From Candidatus Liptonbacteria bacterium (lineage in GTDB: Bacteria; Patescibacteriota; Minisyncoccia; UBA6257; 2-01-FULL-56-20): a stretch of 64,000 nt of DNA. The notes below the pieces were generated by a model that made no database searches, was not told the origin of the DNA, and saw nothing but the letters and a program-made list of their open reading frames with translations. A program made the position numbers and the translations under genes. This document shows, piece after piece, positions 37,859 through 47,701 of this stretch. The first letter of the stretch is position 1. Each line of letters begins with the position of its first letter. The stretch spans positions 4,988 to 68,987 of the forward strand of contig JACQKU010000014.1 in the NCBI GenBank assembly GCA_016204335.1, read 5' to 3'.

Positions 37859-38983
37859 ATGAACGGCACTGACTTCAAATCAAAAAATCCCACGATACTC
37901 GTTATTTTCGGAGCCACGGGGGATTTGACGAGCCGGAAGCTCATGCCGGCGCTTTTTCATCTTTACCGGAAGAAACTTTTACCGCCGCTGTTTCAGGTTG
38001 TTGGGTTTTCGCGGCAGGATTTGTCCGACGCGGAGTTCCAATCGAGAGTGAAAAAAACGATTGGCCGAAGCAAAAAAAATGGCGCCACGGTGGAAGTCGT
38101 CGAATCGTTTTCCAAACTTTTCATATACTCGAAAGGATTTTTCGAAAAAAAGAAGGGATACAAAGATTTGGCTGAACTGCTCGGATACCGCGATAACGAA
38201 TGGAGGACTTGCGCGAACAAACTTTTTTATCTCGCGGTGCCGCCGCAATATTACAAGGGCATTCTGAAAAATCTGACTGCTTCCGGACTGACCGAACCGT
38301 GCAGTCCCGAAGAGGGATGGACGCGGGTAATTGTCGAAAAACCGTTCGGCAGAAATCTCAAAACCGCAGAAGAGCTCGACGCCCTTTTGGGCAAACTCTT
38401 TAAAGAAGAGCAGATTTACCGCATCGACCATTATCTCGGCAAGGAAACGGTTCAAAACATTCTCGCGTTCAGGTTTTCGAATTATTTTCTCGAGCCGGCG
38501 TGGGATAAACATTCTATCGAGGATATCAGAATTCGCCTGTGGGAAACCGGCGGCGTCGAGGGCCGCGGCGGTTTTTACGATACGGCAGGGGCGCTTCGCG
38601 ACGTGGGGCAGAATCATTTACTTCAGCTTTTGGCGCTTTTCACCATGGAAAATCCGGGCAAGTTTGACGCCGAGTCAATCCGCCGCAGGCGCGCCGAGAC
38701 GCTCAACTGTCTTAAGATTTTTACGAAAAAAGACGTGGAGCGTTTTGCGGTCCGGGCGCAATATGAAGGATACAGGAATGAGAAAGACGTAAAATCAGAT
38801 TCAAATACGGAAACATATTTCCGGATTACCGCTTTTTTGGACACGCCGCGTTTTGAAGGAGTACCGCTATATCTTGAAAGCGGGAAGATGATGCCTGAAT
38901 CGAAAGCCGAAGTTGTCGTCACGTTCAAGCATCCGTTGCCGTGTCTGTGTCCCGTCGAGGGACAAGGGACAAGGGACAAGTAA
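37859..38983 (+). pseudogene. zwf: glucose-6-phosphate dehydrogenase, N-terminal 374 aa, truncated by frameshift in a (GGGACAA)x3 tract
   Basis: ILVIFGATGDLTSRKLMPALFHLY NADP motif; reading frame ends inside the heptamer tract 38958-38980; C-terminal G6PD homology continues in another frame (38941 ORF). Confidence 0.75.
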
Positions 38984-40347
38984 AACATTACAAGAATATC
39001 CTCCGGTATCAGATTCAGCCGAGAGAACGCATTACCACGTCATTCTGGGTTAAGCGGCCGGGCGCGGAGATGATAATGGAGGAAAAAGATTTTTCGTTCG
39101 ATTACAAAGGCGCGTTTTCAAAAGAACTCTTCGTTGACGCATACGAGCGGCTCTTGCTTGATGCCATTTCAGGCAATCAAACGCTTTTTGTAAGCACCGA
39201 AGAAATCGCGGCAAGCTGGAAATTTATCGACCCGATTTCAAGAGCGTGGAAGAAAAATTCCGCATCACTTCTTTCGTACGCAAAAAAAACACTCCCCATT
39301 TCCGAAGAACTGGATGGTTCGGGCTTGTCCCGAAAAGAAATCGGTTTGATAGGTCTTGGAAAAATGGGGAAAAATATGGCGCTCCGGCTCTTGGAAAAAA
39401 GATGGAATGTGATTGCGTACGATGTAAGCCCGGAAGCACGCCAGGAAATTATCTTGAAAGGCGGGGTTGCCACAAATAGTATTCCTGAACTGGTTGGACA
39501 GTTGGAATTACCCCGAACAATTTGGTTAATGGTACCTGCGGGCAAAATTCTCGACGAAGTAATTTTCGGCACTTCGGCAAAGCTCAGTGCCGACCCTGAG
39601 CAGCGTCGAAGGGTCGGTTCGAACGGCCTCGCCGCGCTTCTTGCAAAAGGCGACATGATAATAGACGGCGGCAATTCGCTTTACGAGGATTCAATCAGGC
39701 GCGCGAAAAAGTTGAAAAAATTCGGCATCAGTTTTCTCGACGCCGGTGTCTCGGGAGGTCCCGGAGGGGCGAGGAACGGCGCGTGCCTGATGGTGGGCGG
39801 AGAGAAATCGGCGTACGACAAGCGCGAAGATTTATTCCGCGACCTCGCGGTTTCGGACGGATATGAGTATGTCGGAAAAGCGGGAGCCGGCCATTTCGTG
39901 AAAATGATTCATAACGGCATCGAGTACGGAATGATGCAGGCGATTGCGGAAGGCTTCGATGTGCTTCGCACCGCGGACTTACGCGGACTGAACCCTTCGA
40001 CACGGCTCAGGGCAAGCGCGGACAAACGCGGAAAATTGAAATATAAATTTAACCTCAAGAAAATAGCCGGCATTTATAATCGTGGGAGCGTGATTGAATC
40101 GCGGCTCGTCGGCTGGCTCAAGAACGCGTTTGAGGAATACGGCGAAAACCTCGAAAGAATTTCGGGCTCTGTCGGCCATACCGGAGAAGGGGAATGGACG
40201 GTCAAAACCGCGAAAAAACTCGGCGTGCCCGCCAAGGTAATCGAAGACGCGTTCAAATTCCGCGTGCAGTCCGCGAAAAAACCGAGTTATGTTGGAAAAA
40301 TTCTCTCGGCATTGCGAAATCAGTTCGGAGGACATAAGGCAAAGTAA
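38941..40347 (+). CDS. gnd: G6PD C-terminal segment fused in-frame to 6-phosphogluconate dehydrogenase (short Gnd type)
   Basis: ILRYQIQPRE..FVDAYERLLLDAISGNQTLFV (G6PD C-terminus) runs without a stop into IGLIGLGKMGKNMALRL Rossmann start of 6PGDH and GAGHFVKMIHNGIEYG. Confidence 0.75.
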   Translation: MSVSRRGTRDKGQVKHYKNILRYQIQPRERITTSFWVKRPGAEMIMEEKDFSFDYKGAFSKELFVDAYERLLLDAISGNQTLFVSTEEIAASWKFIDPISRAWKKNSASLLSYAKKTLPISEELDGSGLSRKEIGLIGLGKMGKNMALRLLEKRWNVIAYDVSPEARQEIILKGGVATNSIPELVGQLELPRTIWLMVPAGKILDEVIFGTSAKLSADPEQRRRVGSNGLAALLAKGDMIIDGGNSLYEDSIRRAKKLKKFGISFLDAGVSGGPGGARNGACLMVGGEKSAYDKREDLFRDLAVSDGYEYVGKAGAGHFVKMIHNGIEYGMMQAIAEGFDVLRTADLRGLNPSTRLRASADKRGKLKYKFNLKKIAGIYNRGSVIESRLVGWLKNAFEEYGENLERISGSVGHTGEGEWTVKTAKKLGVPAKVIEDAFKFRVQSAKKPSYVGKILSALRNQFGGHKAK

Positions 40348-40398
40348 ATTCAAAAATCAAATATCAAAATGCAAAATGACAATGCAAAATTAAAAAAT
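40346..40398 (+). repeat. MITE family 1 left-arm-only copy (AAATTCAAAAATCAAATATCAAAATGCAAAATGACAATGCAAAATTAAAAAATG)
   Basis: Overlaps and supplies the N-terminal codons of ORF 40369. Confidence 0.6.
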
Positions 40399-40914
40399 GA
40401 TTTTCTAGAAAACGTAATCGCGACCAACTCTATCTTTGCGGCTTTTGGAAGAGCTAATATTTATTCACCTATTGCGAATAAAAAAGATAAAGAAAAACTC
40501 AAACACTTTATAAAAGCGAGATTAAAGAAATACTTGGACGAATATGATGGTGGAAATATCTCTGAAAAAGAACATATCTCGAATATTCAGAAGTTGGCAG
40601 ATGAGACATCCACATATTTTAGAGATATTTTGTTAGATGGTAGACTTCGTATAGGCACAGCACAAAAACTTTTAAATCTCTATCTTAAATATATCTGGGT
40701 TTTGGGCTGGATGAAAAAACCTCCACCCCATTGTCCTTTCGATTCGAGAGTAATTGGAAAATTAGGGAAGAATGTATCTATCAAATGTAAAAAATTTACA
40801 GAAACAGATGATGAAAACTGTTATTATGAATGGGTAAATGCTGTGCGAAATATCGCTGGAGAAAAAATCGCAGAATGGGAATTGCGCTTTTTTAATGAAA
40901 CGAACAGAGTTTAA
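40369..40914 (+). CDS. hypothetical protein, AT-rich (GC ~33%)
   Basis: 181-aa ORF, no recognisable motif; strongly deviant composition. Confidence 0.45.
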   Translation: MQNDNAKLKNDFLENVIATNSIFAAFGRANIYSPIANKKDKEKLKHFIKARLKKYLDEYDGGNISEKEHISNIQKLADETSTYFRDILLDGRLRIGTAQKLLNLYLKYIWVLGWMKKPPPHCPFDSRVIGKLGKNVSIKCKKFTETDDENCYYEWVNAVRNIAGEKIAEWELRFFNETNRV

Positions 40915-40926
40915 TAATTAGAAGCC

Positions 40927-41631
40927 ATGAAAACCAAAGAAGGATTGTGGAAATTGAGTCCGAGCGGGTTGTACGGCTTTGAAGAATGCCGGACGTGTTT
41001 TTGGCTCGAGCACCATCATACAAGAGCTCCCGGCCTCCCGTTTGTTCTGAACATGGCGATGGACAGCGTTTTGAAATCGCGCTACGACGCTTATCGGGAG
41101 AAGGAAGAATTGCCGCCGGAAATTCAATCGCTCGGAAACGAAGGAATAACTCTTTTTCGCGACATTGAAACGCTGAATAAGTGGCGCGGCAGTACGATGC
41201 ACCTTCGAGTAGTAAACGAAAAAGTCGGATATGAAATCGGAGGGAAACTCGACGAGGTTCTTATCGAAAAAAACGGTCGTCTCATACCGACCGATTTCAA
41301 ATCGTCCGGCTACGCCCCGAAAGAAGACAAACAGAAATATTACGTGTCCCAGCTTACTGCATACGCGTTTATGTTTCAGAAGCACGAATTGAATCCGTCC
41401 GACCGCGCGATTCTCCTCCATTATTTCCTGAAAGACCCGAGAAATCCGTCTCTGCAGGTGGAATTCATAAGCCATATCGACCCCGTCCGGCTGGATTTGC
41501 CGGGATTCGAGAATAAACTTGAAGACATCGTCGGTTTATTGAACGGTCCGTACCCCGGAGACAATCTCGCGTGCGAAAAATGTTTATATTACGCGGGGCG
41601 GAATGAAAAGAGCAATCCCGATAATCGCTAA
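40927..41631 (+). CDS. PD-(D/E)xK nuclease, Cas4/RecB-like with four Cys
   Basis: CRTC near N-terminus, GKLDEV..IPTDFKSS (D..DxK), QLTAY (QxxxY), C-terminal CEKC. Confidence 0.55.
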   Translation: MKTKEGLWKLSPSGLYGFEECRTCFWLEHHHTRAPGLPFVLNMAMDSVLKSRYDAYREKEELPPEIQSLGNEGITLFRDIETLNKWRGSTMHLRVVNEKVGYEIGGKLDEVLIEKNGRLIPTDFKSSGYAPKEDKQKYYVSQLTAYAFMFQKHELNPSDRAILLHYFLKDPRNPSLQVEFISHIDPVRLDLPGFENKLEDIVGLLNGPYPGDNLACEKCLYYAGRNEKSNPDNR

Positions 41632-41665
41632 TGACTAATAACTTATGACTAATCACTAATTAATA

Positions 41666-42061
41666 ATGCCGATTCTCAAAAAACCAAAGATTTTTCATTG
41701 GACCAGCCATAGCCGGGCAAAAATGCGTTTTTACGGATTGTCGGAAGCGCGATTGAGGCGCGTAATTCGTTCGCCACATCGGATTGAAGAGGGAATCGCG
41801 CCGGACACGGTCGCGATGATGCAGTCGGCCGGCAGCGCGAAGCATCCTTATGAAATCTGGCTGATGATTCAAGAGACGTGGATAAACGCAGACCTCACGC
41901 GGAATAACGCGGAAAAAAGAACACGTCAGCGTAAGTCAGCGTTAAGTCCGCGTAAGTCAGCGGTTATAAAAGTCATCAGCGCGTGGCGGTATCCGGGCAA
42001 AACAAAGCCGGGACAATCCCTGCCCGCGGAGATTTTGAGAGAAATGAGAAATTTTTTGTAG
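41666..42061 (+). CDS. DUF4258-like protein with 10-11-nt tandem repeat insertion
   Basis: HSRAKMRFYGLSEARLRRVI N-terminal motif; GTAAGTCAGCG-type repeats at ~41925-41960 encode RQRKSALSPRKSAV. Confidence 0.4.
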   Translation: MPILKKPKIFHWTSHSRAKMRFYGLSEARLRRVIRSPHRIEEGIAPDTVAMMQSAGSAKHPYEIWLMIQETWINADLTRNNAEKRTRQRKSALSPRKSAVIKVISAWRYPGKTKPGQSLPAEILREMRNFL

Positions 42062-42200
42062 TGCGCAATCGGAAGCGCGCGTTGGAGATGTTAAAATACA
42101 GTTTTGCTGCACGAAAACCGGTGCTGTGACGCGTCACATCGCCATTATTCAAAAATGAGCGATTGTGATACAATGGCAGTAAGTCGAAAATAGGTTCATT

Positions 42201-42794
42201 TTGTTGGCAGGTTGTATGAATAAGATTGGTATAATTGTTCTTGGAATCGTTGTGACAACAGCGGCGATTGTTGCGTTTCCCTTTTTCTCAAAAAAAGCAG
42301 CGGCTCCGGAGAGCAAAAATGTCGAACCGACTAAAACTATAAAAAATGCGATTATGACAATTACCAGCCCGAGTTTCCGGGAAAACGGTTCCATTCCGAA
42401 AAAATTCACTTGTCAGGGAGAGAATATCAATCCCGAACTGCGGTTCGGCGGCGCGCCAGAAGAAGCAAAAAGTCTTGCGCTTATTATGCATGACCCGGAC
42501 GCTCCAATGCCCGGCGGTTTTACGCATTGGGTCATGTGGAACATCGAACCTCTTACAACCGCGATAAAAGAAAATAGCGCGCCGCCGGGCGCGAGCGAGG
42601 GAAAAAACGGCGCCGGCAAAACGGGCTATATCGGTCCGTGTCCGCCCTCGGGAACGCATCGTTATTTTTTCAAATTATACGCTTTGGATGCCGTTCTTAA
42701 TCTGCCCGCCGGCGCCGACAAAAATTCACTGGAAGCGGAAATCAACAAGCATCTTTTGGCGGAGGCCGAAATAATCGGTTTATATCAGAGGTAA
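42201..42794 (+). CDS. YbhB/YbcL (PEBP) family protein
   Basis: DPDAP..HWVMWNI..GYIGPCPP..HRYFFKLYALD. Confidence 0.8.
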   Translation: MLAGCMNKIGIIVLGIVVTTAAIVAFPFFSKKAAAPESKNVEPTKTIKNAIMTITSPSFRENGSIPKKFTCQGENINPELRFGGAPEEAKSLALIMHDPDAPMPGGFTHWVMWNIEPLTTAIKENSAPPGASEGKNGAGKTGYIGPCPPSGTHRYFFKLYALDAVLNLPAGADKNSLEAEINKHLLAEAEIIGLYQR

Positions 42795-43071
42795 AAACGG
42801 AAGGTTTTCTTTAGGGTGTTTTTTCCGGCAAGCAAGGACTTTTCTGCGCGAGAAGCTTTAGGGAAATTTTCCAACAGCGAGCAAAAGTTATCCACAGGTC
42901 CTGTTTTTGCGATATGCTACAATAAAGCCAGTTAGAATATCATAGTGCGTATGGTATAGTTATGGCGTATGGCGTGTCGTGTATAGTAAAGGTCAAATTA
43001 AAACTTTAATAACACAGTAACAAAAGTCGAAAAACCGTAACACAAATAATAAAATAATAAAATAATAAAAA

Positions 43072-44280
43072 ATGAATAAAAACACCAGCGCGTTTTCGAG
43101 AAAAATCGCAAAGTTTATCACTTCTTTTACCTCCATCGCCATCGTTTCCGGCGTTTCGGTCGCGGTTGCCGCGATTACTTTCAGCAACACCAGCATCACG
43201 GGCGATTCGTCGTTCAACAATATTGTCGTGGGAACAAGCACGGCTTCCAGTAATCTTCTCTTTATCGCAACCACGAGTCCGATATTCGCCGTCAGTTCCA
43301 CGGGCAATGTCGGCATTGGGATTGCCAACCCTGGTACGTCTCTTGAAGTAGCCGGCGTGGTATCATCAACCCAATTGAGAACGCCGAGTTCGACGATTTC
43401 TGCTCTTACATTCACCAACGCCTCGGGGACTTCACTTACCGCCTCGACGTATCTTCAAAGCGCGGCGGGCTTTATCACAAACGTTTCAAGCACGCGACTT
43501 GATGTCACGACAGGCGGAACCATCGCGAACGTATCGTCAACCAACATCAGCGCGTCTGGATTCGGAACATTTCCCACGCTCAATTTCACCAACGCTTCGG
43601 GCACGAACCTCACCGCTTCCGGATATTTGCAAGTAGCGAGTGTGTCTGGAGACACTACTCGAGCAACTGGCGCAACCGGTTCCTTTCAGACTATTGCCGG
43701 TGATCTAACCTACCAAGGCGCCGCTGGTGGCACTAGCTCATATCACGCTGGTGTCATGGGCAACTTTTTAGGTGATACACTTACCAATGCCAATGCTACC
43801 GTTCACGCTGGCACAATTGGTAAATACTCTGTTACTACTAGCGACGCTTTGGTTGGTCCCAAAGCCGGTCTAGTCGGTGAAGCAGAAACCAGCGTTGCAA
43901 ATTCAGCCGTCATGGCTGTTCTTGGCGGCGATAGTGGTACAGTTACACCGGGTGCAGCATACGGAGTTCGCTATCTGAACTCCACAGCAGCTTCCAAGTT
44001 CGGTTTCGGTCTTGATTTGTTCAGTGCCGCCGTGGGAAGTTATAAGGCCGTTGATTATGGCACGGCTGATATCCGTTTAAGTAGCGGTGTGCGCATTTAT
44101 ACCGGTAGTGCCGCGACGCGCGCGGCTGTCCGGACTCAAGTCGGCGATACGGCTCCGGTGGGGTCGTTATATGTAGGAAGTTCTTCGGTTGCCACCACAA
44201 AACCAAATCTCTATGTCAAGGTTTTGAACGGTCCTGGCGACACGGACTGGGAAAGAGTTGTTACTGCGGCTTCTGATTAA
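43072..44280 (+). CDS. secreted Ser/Thr-rich repeat protein (fiber/adhesin-like)
   Basis: Signal anchor, internal repeats FTNASGTxLTASxYLQ. Confidence 0.5.
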   Translation: MNKNTSAFSRKIAKFITSFTSIAIVSGVSVAVAAITFSNTSITGDSSFNNIVVGTSTASSNLLFIATTSPIFAVSSTGNVGIGIANPGTSLEVAGVVSSTQLRTPSSTISALTFTNASGTSLTASTYLQSAAGFITNVSSTRLDVTTGGTIANVSSTNISASGFGTFPTLNFTNASGTNLTASGYLQVASVSGDTTRATGATGSFQTIAGDLTYQGAAGGTSSYHAGVMGNFLGDTLTNANATVHAGTIGKYSVTTSDALVGPKAGLVGEAETSVANSAVMAVLGGDSGTVTPGAAYGVRYLNSTAASKFGFGLDLFSAAVGSYKAVDYGTADIRLSSGVRIYTGSAATRAAVRTQVGDTAPVGSLYVGSSSVATTKPNLYVKVLNGPGDTDWERVVTAASD

Positions 44281-44329
44281 AATTAAGATGAAGATTCCTT
44301 CGTATAACCAATTACGGGGGTAGTAAACC

Positions 44330-45241
44330 ATGAATGAAATGAATAAAAATGGGTTTTTTCTTCGACTTCGAATCAAGTTACTGTTTGTTTGTTTCGCGGC
44401 AGGTATAGGATTTCTTCTGCCAATCGGAGCATCTGCCGCTCCGATTACCTACAATTCCGATTTTACCGTTTCGCTTACTTCGCCGGCGATTAACTTGACA
44501 ATAGCATCGGGTTCTCTCGCGGATTCTGTTACGGTCAATGCCGGAAGCGTTGAAGTAGCTCTCTCGCAGACCACCGGAGGAAATTTTACCGTCACATCGG
44601 CATCACGTGGTTTAACGGCTGGCACGACTGGTAGCGGAGTTGGCGGGACGGTCGCATTAACCTGCAGTTCTTCCCAAGTGCAGACTCTTGCTATAAATCA
44701 GTACGCGAGTTCTGAAACATATACCATTACCCCGACCGCGTCTCTCTGTACAGCTCCTGCGGTCGCAAGCACTAGCACTACATCTGGCGGCGGAAGCGGC
44801 GGTGGCGGTGGGGGTGGAGGTGGAGGTGGGGGTGGCTCTGGATTTTCGGCGCCGGTTTCAACTCCCACAGTTCCGACAGCTCCCGTAACCGTCGGTTCTT
44901 TGCAGGAACAGCTGAATGCTCTGCTTGTGAAGTTGTACGCCTTGCAGAAGCAGGCGAGAGAGCAAGGCGGCGCTTCGGTGGGCGCGAGTCCTTCTTCATT
45001 TGCGTTTACGCGAAATTTGCGCGCAGGTTCGCGCGGAGAGGATGTGCGCCAACTCCAGATTTTTTTGAATAATAACGGATTCCCCGTCGCGGCATCCGGT
45101 CCGGGGTCTGCTGGACAGGAGACCGCTTTCTTCGGGAATGCCACGCGCGCGGCGCTTGCCAGGTATCAGGCAAGCATTGGACTTCCTTCGACAGGTTTCT
45201 TCGGACCGCTCACGCGGGCGAAGATAGGCGGAAGTGAATAA
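44330..45241 (+). CDS. secreted protein with Gly-rich linker and C-terminal peptidoglycan-binding (PG_binding_1-like) domain
   Basis: GGGSGGGGGGGGGGGGG linker; RNLRAGSRGEDVRQLQIFLNNNGF..LARYQASIGLPSTGFFGPLT. Confidence 0.6.
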   Translation: MNEMNKNGFFLRLRIKLLFVCFAAGIGFLLPIGASAAPITYNSDFTVSLTSPAINLTIASGSLADSVTVNAGSVEVALSQTTGGNFTVTSASRGLTAGTTGSGVGGTVALTCSSSQVQTLAINQYASSETYTITPTASLCTAPAVASTSTTSGGGSGGGGGGGGGGGGGSGFSAPVSTPTVPTAPVTVGSLQEQLNALLVKLYALQKQAREQGGASVGASPSSFAFTRNLRAGSRGEDVRQLQIFLNNNGFPVAASGPGSAGQETAFFGNATRAALARYQASIGLPSTGFFGPLTRAKIGGSE

Positions 45242-45572
45242 AAATCTGCCTTCCATCGCTCTTCGGCTGGGTTTGGCGTTCGTACTGTCGTACGCCGCCG
45301 TTTCGAGTTTGCTTGAGCCGCAAAATTGGGTCGGCTATTTCCCGCGTTTCCTTTTTTCAATTCTGCCGGAGCGGTTTTTACTGCCGGGATTTTCCATTGC
45401 CCAAATCATTCTGGCGGTTTGGCTTTTGTCGGGACGGCGTTTGAAATGGGCTTCTTTGGTTTCGGCGGGGATGATGGCGGGAATCACTCTATTCAATCTC
45501 AATTTGTTCGAAGTGACGTTTAGGGACGTCGGTTTGTTTTTTATGGCGGTTGCGCTCTGGTTTCTGGCGTAA
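45234..45572 (+). CDS. DoxX-like small membrane protein
   Basis: 3-4 TM helices, LRLGLAFVLSYAAVSSL. Confidence 0.4.
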   Translation: MNKNLPSIALRLGLAFVLSYAAVSSLLEPQNWVGYFPRFLFSILPERFLLPGFSIAQIILAVWLLSGRRLKWASLVSAGMMAGITLFNLNLFEVTFRDVGLFFMAVALWFLA

Positions 45573-45590
45573 GTCAATCTTAAAATGGTC

Positions 45591-45619
45591 GGTTGACAAA
45601 AATTTCAAACTCACTTATA
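45591..45619 (+). promoter_or_regulatory. strong sigma70-like promoter TTGACA-17-TATAGT
   Basis: TTGACAAAAATTTCAAACTCACTTATAGT; a second TTGACA lies at ~45684. Confidence 0.45.
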
Positions 45620-45784
45620 GTGAGAACGTTTTACGGCTTGACCGAGCGAATGAGAATTGTTGCTCGGCCAGGCCGGAAAAAGTCGGCCTTGGTTGACAAC
45701 CACATATCAAGAGAGGGGAGGGGATAAAAAAGTGGCGTGGAAGAAGTAGGTGGAGTGAACGCTTTTTTCCGAAAGAGGGGGTTT

Positions 45785-46294
45785 ATGCCATTCGAACTGG
45801 AACCCGACCTGCGGCTTTTCCCGGTGATTTCCGCGCTGGAAAAGGAGAGCAACGCGTACGCTCTCCTGGAGCAGGTCCGGAAAGGAGAGCGTAGAAAGTT
45901 CTCCAACTGGGCCTATGATGGGAAGGGATGTCATGTCAGCGAAGGGAGGATTGAAATCGGTTCGGGAATCGCCGTGCCGATGACTCTCAAGTTTGGGACC
46001 GCGGAGGGACTTCTCCTCCATCCTGTCGCCCAGACTCCCCGATTCTTCCCCTTGAAGTTGAAGCGAGGAGATGGAGCCTGGATCCTCGAGGTAGGAAGCG
46101 ACTTGAGTGAGCTCGCGATTTTCCATGCCGCAACGCAAATCGTCGCGCATGCGGCATACCGAGGATTTCCGGATCCTCGGACACTCACAGCTTCCTATAT
46201 CAGGCAGCAGAGGCGGGGAGGGGTGGCTCCGCAACGGCAAAAGGAACCCGGCAGGAGCTGGGCGGATCATTTCGTGAAGAATCCAGGCTTCTAA
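45785..46294 (+). CDS. hypothetical protein in a GC-rich (~58%) island
   Basis: GAGGGGG RBS then MPFELEPDL..; protein-like composition; the overlapping 216-aa minus-strand ORF looks like a GC artefact. Confidence 0.35.
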   Translation: MPFELEPDLRLFPVISALEKESNAYALLEQVRKGERRKFSNWAYDGKGCHVSEGRIEIGSGIAVPMTLKFGTAEGLLLHPVAQTPRFFPLKLKRGDGAWILEVGSDLSELAIFHAATQIVAHAAYRGFPDPRTLTASYIRQQRRGGVAPQRQKEPGRSWADHFVKNPGF

Positions 46295-46538
46295 CCCATC
46301 CCAGTAATCGGGAACCGTAGCGCGACAAGGGCAAGTCGCGCAAGGACCGGTTCTCAAGAGGGGTCGTAGCAGGAAAGAGTTAGTTCAACTCAATCCAGCC
46401 GCGACCCTTGTTGTATTTTTAGGGAGTTTTATTTTTTTAAGTATCGAACATCGCGGTCGATTTTTTGTTTCATGGCGGGATAGTATAGTAATGATAGCAA
46501 TAATGACTGCGAGGGCAGAGTATTGTATTATCAAAAGT

Positions 46539-47573
46539 ATGAAATTATCCATCGGAATCGTCGGTTTGCCTAACGTCGGCAAGTCCACGCTTTTTAAAAT
46601 TCTCACCAGGCAGGAGGTGCATATCGCGAATTATCCATTCGCGACCATTGACCCGAACGTGGGCGTCGTTGAGGTTCCGGACGAACGGCTCGAAAAACTT
46701 TCCACGATGTCGAAGTCGAAAAAGATTATTCCGGCAGTCGTGGAGTTTTACGATATCGCTGGACTGGTAAAAGGCGCGAATACGGGCGAAGGGCTTGGCA
46801 ATCAGTTCCTCGCGCACATCCGTGAAACGCAGGCGATAGTTGTCGTTATCAGATTATTCGGCAATTCGGAAATCGTGCATGTCGAGGGAACGGTTGACGC
46901 GGCGCGCGATTTGGAAATCATCAATACCGAACTTATTTTGAGAGATTTGGAAACAGTGGAAAAGTGCATTCCAAAAGCCGAGTCGGAAGCTCGAACCGGA
47001 AGTAAAGAAGCGGCGCAATTTTTATCCGTTTTGCGCGAAGCAAAATCGGCGCTTGAAAAAGGCGACCTTTTGTCATTAGAAAAACATTCTCATATTCTGC
47101 AGAATGTTGGAATGTCGGGACTAAGTTTATTAACCGCAAAAAAGCAACTCTATCTTTTGAATGGAACAGAGGAAGACGCAAACGAGGCGCTAATAGGAAA
47201 AATAAAATCGCTCGGCGCGGATTATCTCGCTATGGACCTTGCTTCGGCGACCGAGATATCCGGCCTCATCAAAAAGTCATACGAAATTCTCGACCTCATC
47301 AGTTTTCTGACCACCGGCGAGGACGAGACGCGCGCGTGGACAATCAAAAAGGGAACGAAAGCCCCCGAAGCGGCCGGCGTGATTCATACGGATTTCGAGA
47401 AAAAATTCATCCGCGCGGAAGTTGTTAACTGGCAAAAATTACTCGAAGCCGCCCATTCGGCAGGCTCAGGGCAAGGTGGCTGGGTTCAGGCAAAGCAGAA
47501 AGGGTTAATCCGGCTGGAAGGGAAAGATTATGTAGTCCAGGACGGGGACGTAGTGGTAATCAGGCACGGGTGA
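46539..47573 (+). CDS. ychF: ribosome-binding ATPase YchF
   Basis: MKLSIGIVGLPNVGKSTLF, TGS C-terminus ..GKDYVVQDGDVVVIRHG; contains a degenerate copy of the arsR-flanking palindrome at ~47085-47115. Confidence 0.9.
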   Translation: MKLSIGIVGLPNVGKSTLFKILTRQEVHIANYPFATIDPNVGVVEVPDERLEKLSTMSKSKKIIPAVVEFYDIAGLVKGANTGEGLGNQFLAHIRETQAIVVVIRLFGNSEIVHVEGTVDAARDLEIINTELILRDLETVEKCIPKAESEARTGSKEAAQFLSVLREAKSALEKGDLLSLEKHSHILQNVGMSGLSLLTAKKQLYLLNGTEEDANEALIGKIKSLGADYLAMDLASATEISGLIKKSYEILDLISFLTTGEDETRAWTIKKGTKAPEAAGVIHTDFEKKFIRAEVVNWQKLLEAAHSAGSGQGGWVQAKQKGLIRLEGKDYVVQDGDVVVIRHG

Positions 47574-47701
47574 TTTTAACTATTCCTTAACCTACGACCT
47601 CTTCTCCGGCGCGCTTCCAACGTTTCATCATCCGCAAACTCTATCTCGCCGCCGGTGTGAAGGCCGCGGTCGAGGCGGATTATAAATGGTAGAATTGAAA
47701 A

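Noticed and set aside
45707-46357. 216-aa minus-strand ORF
   Set aside because: Ser/Pro/Arg-rich product overlapping a more protein-like + strand ORF that has RBS and promoter; judged a GC artefact.
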